Below, piece by piece: positions 42,706 to 50,316 of a stretch of DNA of 50,562 bases. Numbering within the stretch: position 1 is the first letter of the stretch; each line of letters begins with the position of its first letter. The translations under genes and the position numbers were made by a program. The notes below the pieces were generated by a model, which had not been told where the DNA came from, made no database searches, and saw only the letters and a program-made list of their open reading frames with translations. This DNA is from a virus: the IMG/VR virus record IMGVR_UViG_3300045915_000028, one strand, 5' to 3'.

Positions 42706-43931
42706 GTCTCGGCCTGACGCGCGACTCCAAACCAGACGCGGTGGCGCGGGCCATCATCGCCGAAGCGCAACGCCGCGGATACTCCCGCGACGAGACGATA
42801 GCCGTGCTCGCCACTGCGATACAGGAATCGGGGCTACGACCCGGCGCGGTGTCGCCAAATGGTAAGTGGCGAGGAATTTTTCAACAAGACACCAGCTACC
42901 CCGGCCGCGACGACCCGAACCTGAACATCACGGCGTTCATGGACCGATTGGATGTCAAGCGACGCTCACCCGGTGCGAGCCCGGACCCATGGAAAACCGT
43001 GTTCTGGCTACAGCAGCGGCCGGCCGACGAGACCGCGGAACTGTCCTACCAGCGTGGCCGCAAAGGGTATTTGACCGAGATCAAGCACCGCGCCGCCGAG
43101 GCGGCCGACTACGTGGACAGATACGGAGGTCAAGTGGCCGAAGTGAAGAAGATCGACCAGAACCGCCCCGACTTCAATGAGATTGACCAACTCGGCTGGG
43201 ACGCTGACGATCCGCACGGCAGCGTGCGCAGCCGCCCGCCGATCAACTTCTTCCTACACACCCAGGAGGGCGGCGGAAACGCCACTGACCTGGCGGCGTT
43301 CCTGCGCGGCACCAAAGGCAATGGCGCAGTGTCCTACCACTACACCATCCATCAGGCACCGGATGGTGGCGTAACCGTGGTCGACGTGATCGACACTGAC
43401 CTCTATTCGTGGAGCGTGCTGAACGCCAACGTCTTCAGCATCAACCTGTGCTTCGCCGGGTCGCGGGCGGCATGGTCGCGTGAGCAGTGGCTCAAGCAGG
43501 GCAAGGCGATCGACGTTGCCGCCTACCTGGCCGTGCAGGACTGCCGCAAATACAACTTCGCCACATCGGTGATCGCGCCGCCCTACGGGCAGCCCCGCCC
43601 CGGAATCTCAGACCACAAATACGTCACACAATGTCTCGGTGTCGGCACCCACACCGATGTCGGGGACAACTTCCCGTGGGACGTTTTCGCGGCGGCGGTC
43701 GCAAAGTACGTCAATGCCGATACGCCCGGTGCGCAACCGCCGCCGGTTCTGCCGGCGCCGCCGAAGGGTCCACCTGACAGCCTTTCGGATCGTCAACTGC
43801 TGGAGGACATATGGGAGCAATTGCGCGGCGACGATGGCAAGGGTTGGAAACAGCTTGGCAAGAACGACAAGGGTCAGGATCTGACGCTCGTCGACGCCGT
43901 TTCCGAGATCAAGAAATCGGTCGTTAAGTGA
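42702..43931 (+). CDS. lysA: Lysin A: endolysin with N-acetylmuramoyl-L-alanine amidase (PGRP/Amidase_2) domain (409 aa; ORF opens at 42639)
   Basis: AGGAGG 42684-42689 before GTG 42702; FLHTQEGGGNATDLAAFL...VSYHYTI...HTDVGDNFPWDVF. Confidence 0.8.
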   Translation: MSLGLTRDSKPDAVARAIIAEAQRRGYSRDETIAVLATAIQESGLRPGAVSPNGKWRGIFQQDTSYPGRDDPNLNITAFMDRLDVKRRSPGASPDPWKTVFWLQQRPADETAELSYQRGRKGYLTEIKHRAAEAADYVDRYGGQVAEVKKIDQNRPDFNEIDQLGWDADDPHGSVRSRPPINFFLHTQEGGGNATDLAAFLRGTKGNGAVSYHYTIHQAPDGGVTVVDVIDTDLYSWSVLNANVFSINLCFAGSRAAWSREQWLKQGKAIDVAAYLAVQDCRKYNFATSVIAPPYGQPRPGISDHKYVTQCLGVGTHTDVGDNFPWDVFAAAVAKYVNADTPGAQPPPVLPAPPKGPPDSLSDRQLLEDIWEQLRGDDGKGWKQLGKNDKGQDLTLVDAVSEIKKSVVK

Positions 43932-44071
43932 CCACGTTGTCCGCCGCGTCGCTGCGCGAACTGGTAGGGCTCGCCAATGACGCCGAACCCCGCTACGTGT
44001 GGCGGCGCGGCCTGCCGGTCGTGCGCCCGACACTGCCCTACGCCTGCCACTACGAGGAGGGGGTGCGCTGA
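43928..44071 (+). CDS. Small protein between lysA and lysB (47 aa)
   Basis: GTGA overlap upstream, TGATG junction downstream. Confidence 0.35.
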   Translation: MTTLSAASLRELVGLANDAEPRYVWRRGLPVVRPTLPYACHYEEGVR

Positions 44072-45075
44072 TGGCGTGGGCACCAGCGCAGAACCCCGGA
44101 GACACCGACCCGCTCATTTCCGACGCGAAACGCGCGCTCGGAAAGTTCAGCTACGGCAAGGGTTTGGGGACGACGGATGAGTACACCGTTGAATTTGGTG
44201 TCGCGCTGCAGCAGTGGCAGATCAACATCCACTATCAGGTCGCGTTCAAAGGACGGCCCGGACCCGATGTCAACACCAGCGGAGTGTTCGATTGGGCGGC
44301 CAAGAAGCAGATGCGGATTCTGCCCGAGGACCAGATACCGGCGGCCAAAGAGAAGCCTTGGATCATCGCTGTCCCCGGGCACATGGGCGCATGGGATTCC
44401 GGCCCGGCCTACCTGGCAGCACACCAACTTGAGATCGAGGGGCGCTGCCGATTGCAGGGGGTCGGCTACGACAACATCGCGCTTCCCTTCCGAAACGACA
44501 CGGGTTTCAACGAGCTGGACCGGATTCTACGTGAAGTAGTACCGCCGACGGCGCCGTTCCTGATCACTTCACACAGCCAGGGCGGAATCGTCACATCCGA
44601 CTATCTGGAACAGGTCTTGCTGCCCGGCAAGGCGAGCGGCAAGAAACCGTTCGTCAATTTCCGTGGCGGTGTGCATTGGGCGAATCCCCGCCGGCCGCGC
44701 GGGGTGGTCGCACCGTGGATCGTCGGTGACGATCGGCCATCAAAAGACAGTGAGGGACTTGACCCGAACTGTCTGGCTGCGGCGATACCTGGGATGCAAG
44801 AGGTGTCGCGCCGCAAAGACTTGTACGCCGACAAGATCCCGGGCGAGGACGCCGAATACAAGGAAGCCGTCTATCTGGCGGTGGCCCGCAATGAGTGGAC
44901 CGGACATAACTCGATGGCCGAGCAGATTGGTGAGCTGGTCACCGGTTTCGGTAAACAGGTTTGGCCGGTATTCCGCGCCATCACCGGCGGCGTTCAGTTC
45001 GCAGTGAATATGGACCCGCACAACATCTTCGACCTCGGGCCGGGCATCGACCACATGCGCGCCCTGCTGACATAG
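44071..45075 (+). CDS. lysB: Lysin B: cutinase-like serine esterase with N-terminal peptidoglycan-binding-like domain (334 aa)
   Basis: GAGGAGGGGG RBS; GxSxG as SHSQGG; position after lysA. Confidence 0.8.
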   Translation: MAWAPAQNPGDTDPLISDAKRALGKFSYGKGLGTTDEYTVEFGVALQQWQINIHYQVAFKGRPGPDVNTSGVFDWAAKKQMRILPEDQIPAAKEKPWIIAVPGHMGAWDSGPAYLAAHQLEIEGRCRLQGVGYDNIALPFRNDTGFNELDRILREVVPPTAPFLITSHSQGGIVTSDYLEQVLLPGKASGKKPFVNFRGGVHWANPRRPRGVVAPWIVGDDRPSKDSEGLDPNCLAAAIPGMQEVSRRKDLYADKIPGEDAEYKEAVYLAVARNEWTGHNSMAEQIGELVTGFGKQVWPVFRAITGGVQFAVNMDPHNIFDLGPGIDHMRALLT

Positions 45076-45084
45076 GAGTATCCG

Positions 45085-45336
45085 ATGACCCTGCTCGATG
45101 ACCGGATTGAAATGTCGACACCCGATTTCGAGGTTCAGCCGCCAACCTTGAAATCGGCGCCCCCGAATGTCCCGCCGCGCACATATAACTGTGTATGCAC
45201 GCCGTCGCGCGCCACCTTCTGGCGCTACCCGGTGCCCGGCACTGACGGCAAGACGACTGTCGGAGAAGCGCTCACCCTGGCCACACTGATCGGGTTCAAC
45301 GTCGCCGGCTACTGGCTGCTCGCGTTCGGAGGATGA
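45085..45336 (+). CDS. Membrane protein with C-terminal TM (83 aa)
   Basis: AGGAG RBS; C-terminal LTLATLIGFNVAGYWLLAFGG. Confidence 0.55.
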   Translation: MTLLDDRIEMSTPDFEVQPPTLKSAPPNVPPRTYNCVCTPSRATFWRYPVPGTDGKTTVGEALTLATLIGFNVAGYWLLAFGG

Positions 45337-45340
45337 AACC

Positions 45341-45571
45341 ATGGACCGCAGTCTTGACCTGCTCATCAGCCCACGTTTCCGCCAGTGGCTCTATGGCATC
45401 GCGCTCGTCGCGGTGCCGCTGCTCATCGCCTACGGTGTCGTGTCGGCCGAAGTGGCCGCGCTGTGGGCGGCGCTGATCGCCGCGATCCTCGGGCAGGGCA
45501 CCGCTTTCGCCGCGATCACACAGCAGCGCCGCGCCATCCCCGACGACGGGCTCACCGACACCGATGAGTGA
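45341..45571 (+). CDS. Holin-like protein with two TM segments (76 aa)
   Basis: WLYGIALVAVPLLIAYGVV and LWAALIAAILGQGTAFAAI, charged C-terminus; in the lysis cassette. Confidence 0.55.
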   Translation: MDRSLDLLISPRFRQWLYGIALVAVPLLIAYGVVSAEVAALWAALIAAILGQGTAFAAITQQRRAIPDDGLTDTDE

Positions 45572-45926
45572 CTACGCGCCGCGCTGGCGGCGACTCATGT
45601 CCGGCGGGCCGATCCTGCGCGGCCACTGGGGCGCGTTGATCTGCCTATTCATGGCGGGCGTGTGCTTCGACAAGATCGAAGTCGTGGACCGATTCACCAG
45701 CGCCACATTGTCACGTGACGGGTGGACGTGGTGGCCGACCGACACGCCGTGGCTCTTGGCGGCGGTCGCACTCTCCGTCGTCGGAAAGCTGAGCTTGGAC
45801 ATGTACGGGCGCAACGCATGGCTCACCTGGGCGCCGCCGGGTGAGACGTGGAACGGGCTCACGAAAGCCGACTGCAACCGTGTGCCCTTGATCCGCCGCC
45901 CGAGGTGGCTCACATGGAGCGACTGA
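45564..45926 (+). CDS. Membrane protein (120 aa)
   Basis: ORF track; hydrophobic segments ALICLFMAGVCF and WLLAAVALSVVG. Confidence 0.5.
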   Translation: MSDYAPRWRRLMSGGPILRGHWGALICLFMAGVCFDKIEVVDRFTSATLSRDGWTWWPTDTPWLLAAVALSVVGKLSLDMYGRNAWLTWAPPGETWNGLTKADCNRVPLIRRPRWLTWSD

Positions 45927-46096
45927 GCAACGGCGTCAACCTGCTGGTGACCGCGGTCATCGGCTCCATCATCCCGGCCGTGATCACCGCGGTGACGGCA
46001 TGGTGGAATCGCGACACGGCCCGCCACCAGCACGAGACCGAGCGGTTGCGTGCGCAGAGAGATCAGGATGAGCGTGGACCTGAGCCCCTGACCTGA
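45914..46096 (+). CDS. Small TM protein with charged C-terminus (60 aa)
   Basis: MERLSNGVNLLVTAVIGSIIPAVITAVTAWW then RDTARHQHETERLRAQRDQDE. Confidence 0.45.
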   Translation: MERLSNGVNLLVTAVIGSIIPAVITAVTAWWNRDTARHQHETERLRAQRDQDERGPEPLT

Positions 46097-46105
46097 CGTG
46101 TATTT

Positions 46106-46144
46106 ATACCGAGGTATTGACACGCGGCGATACCTTGGTATAGA
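46106..46144 (+). promoter_or_regulatory. Consensus-like promoter (TTGACA, 16 nt, TATAGA) flanked by two ATACC-NN-GGTAT palindromes
   Basis: ATACCGAGGTAT 46106-46117, TTGACA 46117-46122, ATACCTTGGTAT 46130-46141, TATAGA 46139-46144, ATG at 46153. Confidence 0.55.
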
Positions 46145-46152
46145 CTAAGGTC

Positions 46153-46476
46153 ATGACAACGACGGCCACCCCCGCACAGATCGCCTACGCCACCAAACTC
46201 CAAGACGACATGGCCGCCTACGCAGCCATGCCCATCACCGACGCCACCAGGTTCGGACTCGAACGCAGCAATTGGCAGATCCTCGGCTACACCAGCCGCG
46301 AGGACTACCTCACCGACGCCGACCGCCGCACCTGCACCCCCGACGAGATCACCGCCGACGCCCAGGCCCGTGCCGAGCAGCTACGCGCCCGCCAGGCCGA
46401 GCTGGCCGCCGCCGACATCCACTCCATGAGCAAGACCGAGATCAGCGCCTACATCGCCGCCGCGAAGAAGCTCTGA
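46153..46476 (+). CDS. Hypothetical protein, operon gene A (107 aa)
   Basis: First ORF after the promoter; likely leaderless or very short leader. Confidence 0.65.
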   Translation: MTTTATPAQIAYATKLQDDMAAYAAMPITDATRFGLERSNWQILGYTSREDYLTDADRRTCTPDEITADAQARAEQLRARQAELAAADIHSMSKTEISAYIAAAKKL

Positions 46477-46823
46477 TGACCGACACCAGGCTCTACCACG
46501 CAGTCGGTAACGAGTGGACCGAGGGCCAGCCCGTCTGGTCGCTATACAAGCTGCACGACGGCGACGACGACGCCATCGTCGCGCACGCCGTCCGAAATTG
46601 GGGTGACACACTCCTGACCCCCGAAACTGTGACCTATGTACACATGACAACCGATCTCGACGAAGCGCTTGACATCGCAGCCGATCAGGGCCGCGGCCGG
46701 GTGCTGGTCATCGACCCCGCCCTACTCTGGCAGGAGCCCGGATTGGGCGACGAGGGATACCCGGCGGTCTACGAGCAGATCAATCCCGAGGCAATCGTCG
46801 ACGTAGTGGAGGTGGCCCGATGA
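46476..46823 (+). CDS. Hypothetical protein, operon gene B (115 aa); possible Arr-like ADP-ribosyltransferase fold
   Basis: TGATG junction; RLYHAV..., YVHMTT..., GRVLVIDPALLWQEPG, AVYEQINPEAIVDVVE pattern (resemblance judged from memory). Confidence 0.6.
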   Translation: MTDTRLYHAVGNEWTEGQPVWSLYKLHDGDDDAIVAHAVRNWGDTLLTPETVTYVHMTTDLDEALDIAADQGRGRVLVIDPALLWQEPGLGDEGYPAVYEQINPEAIVDVVEVAR

Positions 46824-47449
46824 CCGCCACCGCCTCCGAGTTGGCCCGCGAGATCGCCGCCACCCTCGACGGCCAAGACGGCGACTGGGACATCGCCGCC
46901 ATCACCGCCACCCTGTGGGGAGCCGGACACCACCACCTGACCGACATCCCCGAAGCCGAATTCTGGCGCACCGTCTTCGCTCACCCACGGCCCGACCCCG
47001 CCGACGAGCCGCGCCGGTTCCGCTCCGACCTGTCCGCGAAGATCGTCACCACCCGCGCCGACCGAGACGCCATCTGGACCGACGGCACCGTCACCGTCCG
47101 CGCCCGCGGGGTGTCACGGGTCAATCAGGAGTTGCCGCAGCCACTCGCCGAGATCGTCGTCGAGTCACCCTTCGATGAGGTCGCCGTCCGCGACACGGAC
47201 TGGGATGGGCTCTGGGCCAAGGTCTGCGAGGTCCGAGACGACGCCGCGCAGGCGCGGGCCATGCTGAGCACCCGACTGCGCGCAGCTGCCCACCACCACC
47301 AGGCCGTGGAGTCGCGGCTACAGACGGCTCTTCGCGAGCGCGACGCCGCGATCCGGGCGGCGCTCGACGCTGGGATGTCGGCCTCCGATGTCGCCGCAAA
47401 CGCCGGCCTTTCCGAGCCGATGGTGTACAAGGTGGCACGGCAGCGGTAG
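46820..47449 (+). CDS. Operon gene C: protein with C-terminal HTH (209 aa)
   Basis: ATGA overlap; C-terminal AALDAGMSASDVAANAGLSEPMVYKVARQR. Confidence 0.65.
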   Translation: MTATASELAREIAATLDGQDGDWDIAAITATLWGAGHHHLTDIPEAEFWRTVFAHPRPDPADEPRRFRSDLSAKIVTTRADRDAIWTDGTVTVRARGVSRVNQELPQPLAEIVVESPFDEVAVRDTDWDGLWAKVCEVRDDAAQARAMLSTRLRAAAHHHQAVESRLQTALRERDAAIRAALDAGMSASDVAANAGLSEPMVYKVARQR

Positions 47450-47506
47450 TCTCCAAGTCTCCCCGCGTGATGCAGGGATGAGCCCAGTGCTTAGGTCGGA
47501 AGCGGC

Positions 47507-48286
47507 CTAGTCGCCCAGCTCGAAAATTAAGTGCTCCCACCGCACGGTGGGATTGAACCGTGGATACGGATTCGGGATGCGCTCCGGCACTGCCCTGACC
47601 TGACGTGCGCGTCGCCCGCGCACTGTCACCACCCGCGCGTGACCGCATCGGACCCCCCGACCCGCCCCGCTTCGAGCCCGCCAACCGGCTCGGCGGGGCG
47701 GTTTTTGTGCGTTTGGGGTGCCGACCCCCTGAACCGGCTTCCATGGGGCACACCCGTAGCTGACGAAATACTCGCCGCGCTGAAGCGTGACCCGGGCGAC
47801 TCGGCCCACCGCGACGTCGCCTCGGGCGATCATGGAGTCGGCGAGTCCGCTGATTGTCGTGTCCTGTGGCCAGTCCGGCGATAACCGAAGCCAGTTGCAT
47901 GGCCGTCTGTTCACCCGGATCGATCCCTCGGTCTCGTATGTGCCCGACCGCCCGATCTGGTAATAAGTACCGTCCGTGTCCATCGGATCTCCGGGGCTGT
48001 CATCTGGGTTGTAGGTCGCGACCATTGCCATGATCCCCACCACGACGGTCCCGGCGACCACCCACCACGCGCGACGGCAATTCCACGCCGTTTTCGCCCG
48101 ACTGGTCCCCGACACTGCCTCGACAGGGTCCACCTTGGCGAGGTGCACATCTGCTGTTTGTCGACACTTCGCGCACCGGAACCGACGGCCGGTCGATCCC
48201 GCCCGCAGGGTGAGGCGGGCGCCGCAGTGCGGGCAGACGACATGGCGGCGGTCGGCCCCCGGGGGCGTGGACATCGCGGGACTCAT
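47507..48286 (-). CDS. Zinc-ribbon / single-TM membrane protein (259 aa as ORF; last ~75 codons doubtful)
   Basis: CPHCG...CAKC, TM WWVVAGTVVVGIMAMVATY, extracytoplasmic domain; the tail from about 47730 is Arg-rich and crosses the plus-strand terminator. Confidence 0.6.
   Translation of the reverse strand: MSPAMSTPPGADRRHVVCPHCGARLTLRAGSTGRRFRCAKCRQTADVHLAKVDPVEAVSGTSRAKTAWNCRRAWWVVAGTVVVGIMAMVATYNPDDSPGDPMDTDGTYYQIGRSGTYETEGSIRVNRRPCNWLRLSPDWPQDTTISGLADSMIARGDVAVGRVARVTLQRGEYFVSYGCAPWKPVQGVGTPNAQKPPRRAGWRARSGAGRGVRCGHARVVTVRGRRARQVRAVPERIPNPYPRFNPTVRWEHLIFELGD
47662..47706 (+). terminator. Rho-independent terminator (plus strand)
   Basis: CCGCCCCGCTTCGAGCC...GGCTCGGCGGGGCGG hairpin with a 2-nt bulge, followed by TTTTT (47702-47706). 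Confidence 0.6.
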
Positions 48287-48633
48287 GTCAGCCTGTGGTA
48301 CGACCCGGAATGGTCATGCCATGGGCACAGGAACTCGGCCGCTGCCACCACCCAGATTGTCGCGACATAGACCGTCGGCACATCGCTATACGCGGCATGA
48401 TAGAACCGCGTCGCCACAACGTCGCCGGTGGTGTAGTTCATCTGGTCGCACAGCCAGTAGCCGGTGTTGACGGCTTGGCTCGGGTTATAGATCACCATTC
48501 CCTGCGCTTCGAGCGCGTAGAGGTACGCGCCCGGCGATGCGTTTGCGGCTGGGGCGGCGAGCATGCTGGTTGTTATTGCGGCTGACAGCATGAGGCCCGC
48601 GGTTGCGGTTCGCTTCCATGTTTGGTTTCGCAT
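48283..48633 (-). CDS. Secreted DUF732-like protein (116 aa)
   Basis: AAGGGGG RBS then ATG 48633; signal peptide ...SMLAAPAANA/SP; Cys pair; ATGA overlap with the downstream gene. Confidence 0.65.
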   Translation of the reverse strand: MRNQTWKRTATAGLMLSAAITTSMLAAPAANASPGAYLYALEAQGMVIYNPSQAVNTGYWLCDQMNYTTGDVVATRFYHAAYSDVPTVYVATIWVVAAAEFLCPWHDHSGSYHRLT

Positions 48634-48841
48634 CACAAAATCAACCCCCTTGATCAAATCCGACCCGCATACTAGCGCAACCATCAGGGGGTCTAGCAAA
48701 TCCTGCGTAGTTCCCTGCGGGTTTACATCAGTGCAGGTCAAATGACACGTTGGTGATTTACCGGTGGAGTGGTCGGCTATCGGCCCGGTGATTTACAGCA
48801 GTTCGATCGCCGCGCGTTGGCGCCGGGTGCGGGTTGGCTCA

Positions 48842-49339
48842 TTAGCGTCCCGCATTCTGTGCGCGCTCAAGATCACCGACGCATTTACCGACTGCGTCGT
48901 TGTAATCCGTCCAGTCCCAGAAATGGGTTTCCAGCCGGCGCCCATCTGGCAGCAGGGTGTAGCGCCGCGCGTCTGATGTGAGTGCATATACCGCGCCATC
49001 GCTCTGTACCCACGTGTCCTGGCTTGACACCTTCGTCCCAGCCGTGTCGACGATGTTTCCGCCCACGTAGGTTTCCGCGTGGGTTCCATGGACTGACTGC
49101 GCGTGCTCGAGGTGTTCACCGTTGGTGAAGTTGGCGTTGATGATGTCCACGATCGCGGCCGGAGCGGGTAAACAGCCCGCCGCCGGTGCGGCGACTCGGC
49201 CGGCGGGCGCGTCGGTCGGGGTGGTCATCGGTATTCGGGAGATCGTCGGAATGGTTTCGCTGGGGGTAGTGGCTGGTGGGGTTGTTCCACATCCACCCAG
49301 CACGGCCGCCGCAGCGGCGGCCACGATCCCCCGACGCAT
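48842..49339 (-). CDS. Lipoprotein (165 aa)
   Basis: MRRGIVAAAAAAVLGGCG: lipobox LGGC after a hydrophobic signal. Confidence 0.65.
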   Translation of the reverse strand: MRRGIVAAAAAAVLGGCGTTPPATTPSETIPTISRIPMTTPTDAPAGRVAAPAAGCLPAPAAIVDIINANFTNGEHLEHAQSVHGTHAETYVGGNIVDTAGTKVSSQDTWVQSDGAVYALTSDARRYTLLPDGRRLETHFWDWTDYNDAVGKCVGDLERAQNAGR

Positions 49340-49455
49340 CACGGCGAGGACGATATCAAGCCGCGGCGTCCGACACTGCCCGAATCTTGCGATCACCGCC
49401 TAGGTCGGGCCTTCGGAACGTAGTCACCATCGTCGCGATCAGCCGCGGCGCTTGG

Positions 49456-50316
49456 TCACGCCGCGGTGCGGGTTCCACGGAACGGGTCGAGTCGGTTTAT
49501 CGCGTGGTGGCGACGCGCATCGGGCACCTTCAGGTAACCCTGAGTCGTCGAAATAGATGAATGCCGGAGCAGCTCCTTGACGGTCAGCAGGTCCGCGCCG
49601 TCATCGAGCAGTGTGGTGCCGAACCAGTGCCGAAGTTTGTGCGGGGTTCCTGGCACGTCGGCGCGGCGCATCGCCAGACTGATGATGTGCGAGACCGATT
49701 TGCCTAGGACCGGCTCCCCTGGCCTCGTCGAGTTCGCTGGGAACCAGAATCCGTGCGTCGGCATCGTCTTGGCGGCATCGACCAGCAACGGATGTAGCGG
49801 CAGGGTGCGGGCCTTGCGGTTCTTGCCTTCCACCCAGATCGACGGAACGGTCAGGTCGAGGTGTTCGCCTCGCACCTTGGCGATCTCGCTTACCCGCAAC
49901 CCCGCGAGCACCGCCAGCAAGATCATGACTCGGGTCCGGTGGTGCATCCGCGTGGTCAGCAGCTTCACTACCGACGCATCGCTGACTGGCCTCGGTGCGC
50001 GGTCCGGCCAGCGCGGTGCGCCCACCTTCACAGTCGGATCGTCGAGACGGTGGTCATCAACCTGCAGCCACCGGTACCACGCGCGCAAATAACCGAAGTA
50101 TGTGCAGGCGGTACCGTCCGACCAATCGTGTTGGTGATCGGCCAGCCAGCGCATGATGTCCATCGCTGTAGCTGACGCTGGCTGCACGTTCCGTTCTTCA
50201 GCAAACTGCGCGAGCACCCGCACCCGTTCGGAGATGACCGGCATGGTCATCCGTCGACTGTGCATCCACAGCATCCACTCATCGAGATATGCGATTCCCT
50301 GCGTGTTCATCGGCAA
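49456..50316 (-). CDS. int: Tyrosine integrase (286 aa)
   Basis: AGLRVSEI, HKLRHWFGTTLL, LLRHSSISTTQGYL catalytic R/H-x-x-R/Y blocks; adjacent to the att repeat. Confidence 0.9.
   Translation of the reverse strand: MPMNTQGIAYLDEWMLWMHSRRMTMPVISERVRVLAQFAEERNVQPASATAMDIMRWLADHQHDWSDGTACTYFGYLRAWYRWLQVDDHRLDDPTVKVGAPRWPDRAPRPVSDASVVKLLTTRMHHRTRVMILLAVLAGLRVSEIAKVRGEHLDLTVPSIWVEGKNRKARTLPLHPLLVDAAKTMPTHGFWFPANSTRPGEPVLGKSVSHIISLAMRRADVPGTPHKLRHWFGTTLLDDGADLLTVKELLRHSSISTTQGYLKVPDARRHHAINRLDPFRGTRTAA

Noticed and set aside
47525-47555. tRNA-like GGTTCAATCC T-loop motif on the minus strand
   Set aside because: No cloverleaf can be built. The T-stem candidates mispair and no acceptor or anticodon arms flank the motif. 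A simple 6-bp hairpin explains it better.
48752-48796. Two GGTGATTTAC direct repeats upstream of the DUF732-like gene, as a defined operator
   Set aside because: There are only two 10-bp copies and no convincing promoter hexamers could be placed relative to them. They are mentioned under the envelope-gene finding but not called as a feature.
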